40,793 nucleotides of DNA from Chloroflexota bacterium (GCA_039933275.1 JBDTOK010000001.1:1-40793), one strand, 5' to 3'; counted from the stretch's first letter, positions 26,137 through 35,311 are shown. Numbers and translations are program-made. The notes: generated by a model from the sequence alone, not told the origin.

Positions 26137-26375
26137 TGGTTCGTCTGCGAGACAAAGAGACTGACGCGGACCTCGGCGAAATCTCGGAGGAGGACTTCCA
26201 GTTCCTGCAAGACCAGCTCGAAGAAGAGTCGGCGGAGGACACGGACTACTACATAAGCCGCGACGAGCTAACGATCCTGAAGGAGGGCGGTGGGCCTGCC
26301 GGGCTGATGCAGTTCCTCGAAGGGGCGATGGGCAGCCGCGAGGGTGTCGAGGTCAGCTGGGCCGAGGCCGAGTAG
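26136..26375 (+). CDS. Small acidic hypothetical protein
   Basis: GTG 26136 overlaps the preceding TAG (TAGTG). The protein reads VVRLRDKETDADLGEISEEDFQFLQDQLEEESAEDTDYYISRDELTILKEGG... The track ORF starts at 26097, inside the preceding gene. Confidence 0.6.
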   Translation: MVRLRDKETDADLGEISEEDFQFLQDQLEEESAEDTDYYISRDELTILKEGGGPAGLMQFLEGAMGSREGVEVSWAEAE

Positions 26376-26381
26376 CGGAAC

Positions 26382-27284
26382 CTAGCGCTTCTGGCCGTAG
26401 CGCTCGGCAAGCCAGACGGTGTTCGACAACAGCATGGCGATCGTCATCGGGCCGACGCCGCCGGGCACGGGCGTGATCGCCGACGCCACCTGGCGCACGC
26501 CTTCGTAGTCCACGTCGCCGACGAGACGGCGGCCGGACTTGCGGCTCGCGTCCTCTATCCAGTTGTTGCCCACGTCGATCACGACGACGCCCGGCTTCAC
26601 CATGTCCGCCGTGATGATCCTGGGCACGCCCATCGCCGCGATCAGGATGTCGGCCTGCCGCGTGAAGTAACCGAGGTCGCGCGTGCCGGTGTGACAGAGC
26701 GTGACCGTGGCGTTGGCTTTCGCGTTCTTCTGCATCAGAATGCCGGCGATCGGCTTGCCGACGATGTTGGATCGCCCGCAAATGACAACGTGCTTGCCGG
26801 CCGGTGCGTGCCCGGTGCGATTCAGCAGCTCCACGATGCCGTTGGGCGTCGCCGGCCACGGCCCAGGCTCGCCGCGGAGGAGGAGGCCCATGCTGGTCGC
26901 CGTCACACCGTCCGCGTCCTTGGCCGGCTCGATCACCTCGATCACGTGATCTTCGTCCATGTGCTTCGGCAACGGCAACTGCACGAGGATGCCGTGAAAG
27001 CGCTGGTCGGCGTTCAAGTCCTGAATGTGCCCGATCACGCGCTCCATCTCCGTGTTCTCCGGGAAGTGGAACATGTCGGAGTACAGCCCCGCTTGCTCCG
27101 CCGTATTCCCTTTGGAGCGGACGTAGGACAGCGACGACGGGTTGTCGCCAACCAGCACCAGCGCCAGCCCGGGCGTGATCCCGCGCTCATCTTTCAACTT
27201 GCGCGCCCGCTCTGCGATGGACACGCGCACCTCTTCGGCAACCGCCTTGCCGTCAATGATTTGCGCGGAGGATTGTGTGGCCAT
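26382..27284 (-). CDS. folD: Bifunctional methylenetetrahydrofolate dehydrogenase/cyclohydrolase
   Basis: 300 aa with the blocks LVGDNPSSLSYVRSK, ILVQLPLP, GRSNIVGKP and PVPGGVGPMT. Confidence 0.95.
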   Translation of the reverse strand: MATQSSAQIIDGKAVAEEVRVSIAERARKLKDERGITPGLALVLVGDNPSSLSYVRSKGNTAEQAGLYSDMFHFPENTEMERVIGHIQDLNADQRFHGILVQLPLPKHMDEDHVIEVIEPAKDADGVTATSMGLLLRGEPGPWPATPNGIVELLNRTGHAPAGKHVVICGRSNIVGKPIAGILMQKNAKANATVTLCHTGTRDLGYFTRQADILIAAMGVPRIITADMVKPGVVVIDVGNNWIEDASRKSGRRLVGDVDYEGVRQVASAITPVPGGVGPMTIAMLLSNTVWLAERYGQKR

Positions 27285-27383
27285 GATCCAATCATACCGC
27301 CCTCATCTGCTACGGGATCGCAAGTCCGGCGCCCCGCATGTTGACATCGCCGAAACGGCGCCCGCTCGACACTGGGCATCGAC

Positions 27384-27902
27384 ATGACGGACCGAAAGCC
27401 AGTCGAGACGGACGTACCACATGCCCTCCAGATGCTCCGCGACGAGCACCGCCGCATCGGCGAACTGCTGGACGAGTACAAGTCCGCCGCCACCGCCGAG
27501 ATGCGCCTGCAGCTGGCCGATGCCGCAATCGCTGAGATCGACACCCACATGTTGCTCGAAGAGGAGATCGTCTTTCCCGTCATCCAGCGCCTCGCCACCG
27601 AGGAAACCGTCATCGAACACGCCGTCAGTGACCACCGCGAGATCGAGGAACTGGCCGACGAGCTCGCTTCAACCGCGGCGACCGAGCCCGAGCATCCGAA
27701 GTCCGTCGCTCGCCTGCACGAGCGGTTCGAGGAGCACGTCCGCGAGGAAGAGCGCGACATCTTCTCGCACCTGGAAAAGGCGGGCGAGGAGGAGATGGTC
27801 GCCCTGGGCAATAAGCTGCTCGAACGGCGCGAGTCGATCCGCAAGGACGTCAGCGAGCACGGCCCCGCTGCGCCCGCCAGCCTCGCCGGTGAGGCCGGCT
27901 AG
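27384..27902 (+). CDS. Hemerythrin (HHE cation-binding) domain protein
   Basis: 172 aa with the His/Glu ligand pattern LRDEHRRIGELL, HMLLEEEIVFP, DHREIEEL and HVREEERDIF. Confidence 0.85.
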   Translation: MTDRKPVETDVPHALQMLRDEHRRIGELLDEYKSAATAEMRLQLADAAIAEIDTHMLLEEEIVFPVIQRLATEETVIEHAVSDHREIEELADELASTAATEPEHPKSVARLHERFEEHVREEERDIFSHLEKAGEEEMVALGNKLLERRESIRKDVSEHGPAAPASLAGEAG

Positions 27903-29008
27903 TGACCCTCGCCCCGAACGCCGTCGTCACCGGTCCGGACCACGCGATCGAACTGCTGGCCAAGCCAGACCTCGCCGCAAAGGCCGCTGGTCTGCGCCAC
28001 ATCAGTCCGGTGATCCCCGGCATCCGCCGCGAGAAGAACGGCGAATCGTTCCGCTACTTCGACCAGTACGGTAAGCCCGTGAAGGACACCGAGACGCTGA
28101 TCCGCATCAAGCATCTCGTCATCCCGCCGGTTTGGACGGACATCTGGATCAGCCCGCTCTCAAACGGCCACCTGCAAGCCGTCGGCCGCGACGTTAAGGG
28201 ACGCAAGCAGTACCGCTATCACAACAAGTGGCGCCAGGTCCGCGACGAAGCGAAGTACGGCCACACAATCGCCTTCGCCCGCGCGCTGCCCGCCGTGCGT
28301 CGCCGCGTGCAGAAGGACATCGCGCTGCCCGGCCTGCCCCGCGACAAAGTGCTTGCCACAGTCGTGCGGCTGCTGGAGATGACGTTGATCCGCGTCGGTA
28401 ACGATGAGTACGCGCGCGACAACAACTCCTACGGCCTGACGACGATGCGCGACCGCCACGCGAAGATCCAGGGCAGCCGCGTCGAGTTCAGCTTCGTCGG
28501 CAAGTCCGGCAAGAAGCACGCCATCAGCGTCGACGACAAGCACCTCGCCGGCATCGTCAGGCGCTGCCGCGACATCCCCGGCTACGACCTCTTCCAGTAC
28601 TACGACGAAAACGGCGAGTCCCACGCCATCAGTTCCGGTGACGTAAACGACTACATCCGCTCGATCACCGGCCAGGACTTCACGGCGAAAGACTTCCGAA
28701 CATGGACAGGCACATTGCTCGCCGCCACCGCACTCAAAGTTTTCGATCCGTTCGGATCCCAGGCCGAAGCAAAGCGCAACGTCGTCGCCGCGATCGAGGG
28801 CGTGTCGCAGAAGCTGGGCAACACGCCCTCCGTCTGCCGCAAGTGCTACGTCCACCCCGACATCCTCGCGTCGTACCTGGACGGCGATCTCCCCGAAAGC
28901 TTGGTCTCGGACGACAGCGCCAAAGTGCGCGGCCTCGGCGCAGAAGAGTCCGTCGTGCTCGCGTTCCTCGAGCGGCGCTTTAGCGAGCAGCAGAAGAAGT
29001 CGGCATAG
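27902..29008 (+). CDS. Type IB DNA topoisomerase (bacterial/poxvirus-like)
   Basis: 368 aa with the blocks PPVWTDIWISP..GHLQAVGRDVKGRKQYRYH, RVGNDEYARDNNSYGLTT, FSFVGKSGKKH, FTAKDFRTWTGT and LGNTPSVCRKCYVHP (catalytic Tyr context). Its GTG overlaps the hemerythrin TAG. Confidence 0.9.
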   Translation: MTLAPNAVVTGPDHAIELLAKPDLAAKAAGLRHISPVIPGIRREKNGESFRYFDQYGKPVKDTETLIRIKHLVIPPVWTDIWISPLSNGHLQAVGRDVKGRKQYRYHNKWRQVRDEAKYGHTIAFARALPAVRRRVQKDIALPGLPRDKVLATVVRLLEMTLIRVGNDEYARDNNSYGLTTMRDRHAKIQGSRVEFSFVGKSGKKHAISVDDKHLAGIVRRCRDIPGYDLFQYYDENGESHAISSGDVNDYIRSITGQDFTAKDFRTWTGTLLAATALKVFDPFGSQAEAKRNVVAAIEGVSQKLGNTPSVCRKCYVHPDILASYLDGDLPESLVSDDSAKVRGLGAEESVVLAFLERRFSEQQKKSA

Positions 29009-29025
29009 GCGCTATAATCGGCGCC

Positions 29026-29823
29026 ATGATTGGCACCGTCACCTCGATCACCCGCTACCCCGTCAAAGCAATGCTCGGCGAAAGTCTGAACGCCGCGCTC
29101 GTTACGTCGCAGGGCCTGGCTGGCGACCGGCGGTACGCGCTCATCGACAGCGACGGTCGCATCGGCACGCCGAAGATCCCGCGGCGCTGGAAGCCGATCT
29201 TCCAATCCCGCTCCCGCTACATCGAAGAGCCGGACGGCGAGTCGCTCCCGGCGGCTGAAATCACCCTCCCCGACGGCGAGCGGATTCGCAGCTCCGACAA
29301 CGACGTCGAAGCGAGGCTCTCCGCACTCCTCGGCTTCGAGGCGAGGCTCATCACGGAGAAGCCGCCGGGCCTGATCCTAGAGTCGCCGCCGCTCGGCACC
29401 GTCCCGGACGATCCAGACGCTCCGACCATCAACCTCCCGGTCGTCAACGGCTTCTTTGATCTCGGCTCGCTGCATCTGATCACCACCGCTACCCTGAACA
29501 GCCTGCGCTCGCTTAACCCGGACGTCCGCTTCGAGCCACGCCGCTTTCGCCCGAACTTCATGATCGACACCGGCGACGCCGCCGGCTTCGTCGAAAACGA
29601 CTGGCCAGGCAAGACAATCGCCATCGGCGACGACGTACGCATCCGCGTGATGATGCCGACGATCCGATGCGTAGTGACAACCCTCCCGCAGGACGACCTC
29701 CCCAGCGAACCGGGCGTGCTAAAGACCGCGGCTCAGCATAACAGCGCCAACGTCGGCGTCTACGCAATGGTTGAGCAGGGCGGCATGGTCCGCCGCGGCG
29801 ACGAAGTGCGGATTGAGGGTTAG
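29026..29823 (+). CDS. MOSC domain protein
   Basis: 265 aa with the N-terminal beta-barrel block ITRYPVKAMLGE and the MOSC blocks RRFRPNF and PTIRCVVTT (conserved Cys). Confidence 0.87.
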   Translation: MIGTVTSITRYPVKAMLGESLNAALVTSQGLAGDRRYALIDSDGRIGTPKIPRRWKPIFQSRSRYIEEPDGESLPAAEITLPDGERIRSSDNDVEARLSALLGFEARLITEKPPGLILESPPLGTVPDDPDAPTINLPVVNGFFDLGSLHLITTATLNSLRSLNPDVRFEPRRFRPNFMIDTGDAAGFVENDWPGKTIAIGDDVRIRVMMPTIRCVVTTLPQDDLPSEPGVLKTAAQHNSANVGVYAMVEQGGMVRRGDEVRIEG

Positions 29824-29904
29824 GGCCGAACGTCCCGTCAGCGCAGGCTAACCGGCCCTGCACATCTCGCCCGCAAACGCTCACGCTGTAATCGGAGGTG
29901 CGAT

Positions 29905-30585
29905 ATGCGACCGAGCACAATGGCGAAAATAGGTGTGGTCAAGCTGGCCATGATCGGGGCCTACGCCGCCTTCGTTCGCCCCTGGCACCTGCGCTGGGGC
30001 GCCACCGACGAAGAGCTAGCCGAAACATGGCCCGGCGACGAACGCGCGCCAAATCCCACCATCGACGCCACCCACGCGATCACCATCGACGCGCCGCCGG
30101 AAGATGTTTGGCCCTGGATCGCGCAGCTTGGCCAGCACAAAGCCGGCTTCTACAGCTACGGTTGGCTTGAGAACCTCTTCGGTTGCCACATGCCAGACGT
30201 CCGCGATATCCGCCACGACTGGCAGCACCTGAAAGTGGGCGACAAGCTTTACCTACACCCGAAAGTCGCGCTGGAAGTAGTTGAGGTCGAGCCGGAGCGC
30301 ACGTTAGTGCTGTCGCGCGACTGGAGCTTTCACCTGCGCCCAATCGATGGCGGCGAAAGAACCCGCCTCCTAATCCGCAACCGTGGCTACTTCGAGAACC
30401 CGGACCCCCGGACCGGCCAGCCGTTGCGCTTCGACCTCGGCCCGATCGGCAACGTGGTCTACTGGCGTGGCCTCTTCGAGCCGGCGCACTTCATCATGGA
30501 ACGCAAGATGATGCTGGGCATCAAGGCGCTGTCAGAGCGATTCGCCGAAGAACGAGAAGCGGCGCGGCTGGTCGGAGTCGCCTAA
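29905..30585 (+). CDS. SRPBCC (START/polyketide-cyclase-like) family protein
   Basis: 226 aa. It has IDATHAITIDAPPEDVWPWIAQLGQHKAGFYSY and an N-terminal hydrophobic segment. Confidence 0.78.
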   Translation: MRPSTMAKIGVVKLAMIGAYAAFVRPWHLRWGATDEELAETWPGDERAPNPTIDATHAITIDAPPEDVWPWIAQLGQHKAGFYSYGWLENLFGCHMPDVRDIRHDWQHLKVGDKLYLHPKVALEVVEVEPERTLVLSRDWSFHLRPIDGGERTRLLIRNRGYFENPDPRTGQPLRFDLGPIGNVVYWRGLFEPAHFIMERKMMLGIKALSERFAEEREAARLVGVA

Positions 30586-31697
30586 GCCAGCCGCTTCTCA
30601 ACCATCACTTCCACGCGCTGGCAGGCGTTGTTGCCCATCCCCTGCGCGTTCCAGAACTCGTCCGGCTGCACGCGGCCGTCCGCATCCGTTGCCCGCACTG
30701 CGAGCATATTCGCGCCTGGCGTTGCATGCCAGTCGAATGACCATCCACGCCAGGCGAACTTGCCGGCGGGCTCAGCCAGCTTCCCTTCCTGCCACGAACC
30801 ACCGTTGTTGGTGCTTACTTCGATACGGCGCACCTCGGCTCGTCCGGCCCAGGCGCGTCCCGTCAATGTCACGTTGCCCGCCTCAAGCAGCCGGCTGCGC
30901 GTCAGGAAATCCGGGATGCCGGGCGGCGTCATCAACGCGCGAGGGCGAAGCAGGCTGACTGGTTCCGTTGCCGCGCCATCCGCGTCAGTGAAGTGGTACG
31001 CCTCCGACTGCTGGTAACCCGCAAACCGCTCACCAATCGCCTCGATCGACGTAAGCCACTTCACGCTCGTCATCCCGTACCACCCGGGCACCAGGAGCCG
31101 CAGAGGAAACCCGTGCTGCGGCTCCAGCGGGCGGCCGTTCATCTCGTAGACGAGCAGCACCTCGTCGCGCGTCGCATCCTCCGGAGTAAGGGCGCGCTGG
31201 TAATACTGCACCTCGTCGCCTTGCACGCCGCGGTCCGCGCCGGTGAACACGATGTCTTTCGTCTCACCTCGCAGGGCCGCTTCCCGCAACAGCGGTGCCA
31301 GCGGCGTGCCTGTCCATTCGGCCGTGCCGATAGCCTCATTCGTCCACGGCTGGCTGATCGGGCGCGGGTGCATCAGCGCCCGGCCGTTCCCGGCGCACTC
31401 CATCGTGACGGCGAGTGTTACCCGTGGTCGCCGCTTGATGTCGTCCAGCGACAACTTCAGCGGCCGCTCAACCAGCCCATCGATCTCGAGGCGATAGGCC
31501 GTCGCCTCAACAAACGGAACGTCGAAGTGAACCAGGACGTAGTGCATTCCGGTCGGCGTGACGTCGTAACGCAGGCCTTCCAGCGGCATCCCATGATTGC
31601 GCAGCGCGAGCGCTAACTCTTCGCGAGTGATGGCGTCCGTGCGCGCAATACCGCTGCCGTCGCCGACAGTGTGGAAGCGCTTGATCTTCTGTTCCAC
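30582..31697 (-). CDS. Sulfite-oxidase-family molybdopterin oxidoreductase
   Basis: 371 aa. It has MECAGNGR (Mo-ligand Cys), the blocks GFPLRLLVPGWYG and SVKWL, and a C-terminal Ig-like dimerisation domain. Confidence 0.88.
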   Translation of the reverse strand: MEQKIKRFHTVGDGSGIARTDAITREELALALRNHGMPLEGLRYDVTPTGMHYVLVHFDVPFVEATAYRLEIDGLVERPLKLSLDDIKRRPRVTLAVTMECAGNGRALMHPRPISQPWTNEAIGTAEWTGTPLAPLLREAALRGETKDIVFTGADRGVQGDEVQYYQRALTPEDATRDEVLLVYEMNGRPLEPQHGFPLRLLVPGWYGMTSVKWLTSIEAIGERFAGYQQSEAYHFTDADGAATEPVSLLRPRALMTPPGIPDFLTRSRLLEAGNVTLTGRAWAGRAEVRRIEVSTNNGGSWQEGKLAEPAGKFAWRGWSFDWHATPGANMLAVRATDADGRVQPDEFWNAQGMGNNACQRVEVMVEKRLA

Positions 31698-31738
31698 AGC
31701 GCAGTTATCGTACTACGCTAGTAGGATGCCGACTCAGG

Positions 31739-32035
31739 TTAGGAGCGAGTCCGCCGCACGATCGGCTTGACGCCCGCCCATTCTTTTTCGCGCTCGCGGG
31801 CGGCGGTGTCAGGGAAGTGCCACAGCACGGCCGCGGCGTAGGGTGCGAAGAAGCCGCCGATGATGCCGAGGATCAGCAGCACGTACGACCCGTTGCCGGA
31901 GCCGACGTAGAAGCCGGTAATTCCACCGATCGCGCCGGTAAGGACGGCGGCAATCCACCAGCCGCGGGAGCGTCGCGTGCCGATTGCGTCGTTCCAGGCA
32001 CGCGGGAGTATAGGCTCAGGATGGCTCATGCTCAC
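31739..32035 (-). CDS. Small membrane protein, hypothetical
   Basis: 98 aa with two hydrophobic helices (WWIAAVLTGAIGGITGFYV, VLLILGIIGGFFAPYAAAVLW). Its GTG start overlaps the thyX TGA (GTGA); ATG 32029 is an alternative start. Confidence 0.6.
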   Translation of the reverse strand: MSMSHPEPILPRAWNDAIGTRRSRGWWIAAVLTGAIGGITGFYVGSGNGSYVLLILGIIGGFFAPYAAAVLWHFPDTAAREREKEWAGVKPIVRRTRS

Positions 32036-32835
32036 ACCTTCTCGTTGGGCGTGGTGGCGACCTCACGTCCGTCTGGTAGCTTTTCGATCTTGTAGTCGGC
32101 GAAAAGATTGGGCGCCTCGTGCTGCATAATGCGCAGGAACTCCAGCGCCACGCCGCGGATCTCGGCCTCCGCACCCTCAGACCCACGCAGCTCGATGAAA
32201 TGGCGCAGCGCGCGGGCGTTGGCCGTGACGAAGATCATCGTCTCGGTAGCGTTGGGCAGAACGGAGCGGGCGGACTCGCGGGCCATCTTGCGCCGCGTCG
32301 TGCCGGCCACGCCTTGTTCTTGCAGCTTCTTGGCCAGCGCCTCCGTCAGCCGCACATAGGCCTCGTGCGAAGTCTCAATCGTCTGCTGCCAGAGCGCGTG
32401 TAGCTCCGGGTCGGCCGCGATCAGCGCCGGCTCGACGTAGTTAGCCTCGGATTCGTCAACATAACGCTGCGAGAGCTGCGAATAGCCCCAGCCCGCGCGG
32501 TGGCGGATCAGCTCGTGCGTGAACGAGCGCGAGACCCCGGCGATGATGAAGTTCCAGACGGCGTGCTCCAGCACCGACCCGTGCTTCGACTCGATGATGT
32601 TGGTGACGTACTCAGCGTTGGTTTTGCGGCCCTTGCCGTACGACACGTAGCAGAGCCGCCCACCGGCCTCAACCAGCTGCTCGCCGCCGATCTCAGTGTC
32701 GGTCTCCCAGGACATCCCGTACTCGCCGAGAAAGCGTTCAAGCTCCCCGCGGTCGACGTTCTGACGCCCAACGACGTAGATGCGTGGCTCTCGGATGATG
32801 TTCGGTTTGGTCATTGGCGAAGTCTCAGTCTGCAT
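32032..32835 (-). CDS. thyX: Flavin-dependent thymidylate synthase
   Basis: 267 aa with the ThyX signature HELIRHRAGWGYSQLSQRY. Confidence 0.93.
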   Translation of the reverse strand: MQTETSPMTKPNIIREPRIYVVGRQNVDRGELERFLGEYGMSWETDTEIGGEQLVEAGGRLCYVSYGKGRKTNAEYVTNIIESKHGSVLEHAVWNFIIAGVSRSFTHELIRHRAGWGYSQLSQRYVDESEANYVEPALIAADPELHALWQQTIETSHEAYVRLTEALAKKLQEQGVAGTTRRKMARESARSVLPNATETMIFVTANARALRHFIELRGSEGAEAEIRGVALEFLRIMQHEAPNLFADYKIEKLPDGREVATTPNEKV

Positions 32836-32939
32836 GGCGGCTCTAGAACCACGCTAAGCCGCAGAACAATTGCCCCACAAGGCCCAAATGGCACGGGAAT
32901 GTGGGGTTCAGGCAGTGGAAATGTTGACGACGGAAATTG

Positions 32940-33094
32940 GCCGCAGATTCGCGCAGATTAGACGCAGATTGTTTTAGCCACGGAATAACACGGATTGGGC
33001 GCGGATCTGTCAGCCCCGGGGTTAAAGCAGATTTTTCGCCGAATCTTAAGCGAGGAGAGGCGCAGCCTACCGAAATCTGCGTTCAATCTGCGGC
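32940..33094. repeat. Array of CGCAGATT octamers (4 direct, 2 inverted) forming a ~150-bp inverted-repeat-bounded element
   Basis: CGCAGATT occurs at 32942, 32952 and 32963. AGCAGATT occurs at 33026. The inverted form AATCTGCG occurs at 33074 and 33085. The ends GCCGCAGATT (32940-32949) and AATCTGCGGC (33085-33094) are mutually reverse-complementary. The segment is lower in GC than its surroundings. Confidence 0.6.
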
Positions 33095-33163
33095 TAGTTC
33101 TCGGCCCACCAATGTGCGCCGTTCCGCGGCTCGTCTCTTTATCGGGCCAGCGAGTGTTGGAGG

Positions 33164-35311
33164 TTACGCAGCGACGGGCTCGACGAGCGACCGGCCGGCC
33201 TTGATCAGCGCCTGGAAGTCGCCGGCTGGCATTGGGTGGGCGAAGAGGAAGCCCTGGCCCTTGCGACAGCCGCTCTCACGCAGGAAATCTAGCTGCTCCG
33301 CCGTCTCGATGCCCTCAGCGATCACATCGAGGTGCAGGCTGCGGGCAAGCGCGATGATGGCCGTGATCACGGCCCGGTCCTCGCTGTGCAGACCAATCCC
33401 GGAGACGAACGAGCGGTCGATCTTCACCGAGTCGATGGGCAGCGTACGCAGGTAGCTGAGCGAAGAGTAGCCCGTCCCGAAGTCATCGATCGAGATCTGG
33501 ATCCCGGAGTCACGCAGCACTTTGAGGACAGCGGCCCCGCGCACGACGTCTTCCATCAGCGTCCCCTCCGTCATCTCCAGGTGCAGGCAGTGCGGATCGA
33601 GACCAGTATCAGCCAGCGTCCGCCGCGTGATGTCCCCGAAGCCCATGCTCTGAAAGCGCCGCGAAGACACGTTCACCGCGACGGGAATCTTGCGCGCGCC
33701 GCCGTTTTGCCAGGTGCAGTTATCCGATGCCGCCCTGTGTAAAACCAGCTCGCTTAGCGGCGCAATCAGGCCTGTCCGCTCCGCCACGTCGATGAACTCG
33801 CCGGGGAGGATGAGTCCGCGTTCCGGGTGCTGCCACCGGACAAGCGCTTCGGACGCGACGACTTCGCCCGTCATCATGTCGATGATCGGCTGGTAGTAGA
33901 CGACCAGCTGCTCTTGCTCGATGGCGCGCCGTAGCTCGTTCTCCAGCGTGACGCGGCGGCGTAGCTCTTCACCCATGCTGGAGCTGTAGAGCTGGCAGTT
34001 GTCCCGGCCCGCATCTTTCGCGCGGTACATCGCAGTGTCGGCGTTAGATAGCAGCGTCGCCTCGTCGTCGCCGTCGTTCGGGTAGATGCTGATGCCAATG
34101 CTGGCCGTCGCGCGCAGCTCCTGGTTGCCGACACGGTACGGCTCCTTCAGGCTCTCACGCATGCGCTCAGCGATCTGCAACGCGTCTTCCGGCCGCTCGA
34201 CGTTGGAGAGAAGCACGATGAACTCGTCGCCGCCAACGCGCGCCACGGTATCGCCGTCTCGCAGTAGGAGCGTCAGGCGCTCCGCTGCCCCGTGCAGCAG
34301 CTCATCGCCAACGGAATGGCCCAGCGTGTCGTTTACCAGCTTGAACTCGTCCAGGTCCACGAAGATGATTGCCAGCGTTTGGCCGCTGCGCCGCGCCTGC
34401 GCCAGAGCTACCCCCAGCCGGTCGCTGAGCAGCGCGCGGTTCGGCAGCCCGGTCAGTGCGTCGTGGTACGCCATGTGCCGGATCGTCTCCTCCGATTGCT
34501 TCCGCTGCGTGATCTCGCGGCAATTGACGACGATAGACGCTATCGGCACGGCTTGCCCGGGCATCGGGTCACTCATCGCTTCCAGCACCCGCCAGCTTCC
34601 GTCCTTGTGCTGCGCCCGGAACTCGAGTGGGATTGGCTCGCTCCCACCTCCTATCGTCCGCTGGAACGAGGCCAGCGCCGCCGGCATGTCTTCGGGATTG
34701 ACCAGCAAGAAGCCGTTGGTCCCGACAAGCTCTTCTGGTTCATAGCCCATCGCAGTCTTCGTGGAGGGGCTCGCGTACTCGATCACACCCGTGCTGGAGA
34801 GCACGAGAATAATGTCGGAGCCGTGCTCAATCAGCGCGCGAAAGCGTTCCTCGCTAGCGCGGACCGTCTGTTCGGCTCGTACACGGTCAGTGATGTCCTG
34901 TACCAGCGACAGCACGCAGAGGCCTTCGTCCATCTCAATCAGTTCTGCCGTAAACAGGCAGTCCATGATTTCGCCGTTCTTCTTGCGGATGTGCGTCTCC
35001 AGCTCGCGAACGTGGCCGTCCCGGGTGAGGATATCGACCATTATCTGGCGCTCTTCGTTTGTGACCCAGACGTTCATCTCAGTGCTCGTCTTCCCGACTA
35101 CCTCTTCTCGCTCGTATCCGAGAACGCGCGTGAAGGCGAGATTGACGTCGATGTATTTCTGCGTCGCGACGGACGTAATCGTCATGCCAAGCGGGCTGAA
35201 GAAGAACGCCTTCGAGAACTTATCTTCGCTGGAGCGGGCCGCTTGCTTGGGTGTCGGTCGCTGAGCGCCACTATTGCGTGTCATGGCGCTCCAGTTGGTC
35301 CGGACAGGCAA
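33164..35311 (-). CDS. PAS-PAS-GGDEF-EAL signalling protein (diguanylate cyclase/phosphodiesterase)
   Basis: 715 aa with two or three PAS-like repeats. The GGDEF motif is intact (RVGGDEFIVLL), and the EAL motif (EALVRW) plus DDFGTGYSS are present. The start could instead be 35284. Confidence 0.9.
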   Translation of the reverse strand: MPVRTNWSAMTRNSGAQRPTPKQAARSSEDKFSKAFFFSPLGMTITSVATQKYIDVNLAFTRVLGYEREEVVGKTSTEMNVWVTNEERQIMVDILTRDGHVRELETHIRKKNGEIMDCLFTAELIEMDEGLCVLSLVQDITDRVRAEQTVRASEERFRALIEHGSDIILVLSSTGVIEYASPSTKTAMGYEPEELVGTNGFLLVNPEDMPAALASFQRTIGGGSEPIPLEFRAQHKDGSWRVLEAMSDPMPGQAVPIASIVVNCREITQRKQSEETIRHMAYHDALTGLPNRALLSDRLGVALAQARRSGQTLAIIFVDLDEFKLVNDTLGHSVGDELLHGAAERLTLLLRDGDTVARVGGDEFIVLLSNVERPEDALQIAERMRESLKEPYRVGNQELRATASIGISIYPNDGDDEATLLSNADTAMYRAKDAGRDNCQLYSSSMGEELRRRVTLENELRRAIEQEQLVVYYQPIIDMMTGEVVASEALVRWQHPERGLILPGEFIDVAERTGLIAPLSELVLHRAASDNCTWQNGGARKIPVAVNVSSRRFQSMGFGDITRRTLADTGLDPHCLHLEMTEGTLMEDVVRGAAVLKVLRDSGIQISIDDFGTGYSSLSYLRTLPIDSVKIDRSFVSGIGLHSEDRAVITAIIALARSLHLDVIAEGIETAEQLDFLRESGCRKGQGFLFAHPMPAGDFQALIKAGRSLVEPVAA

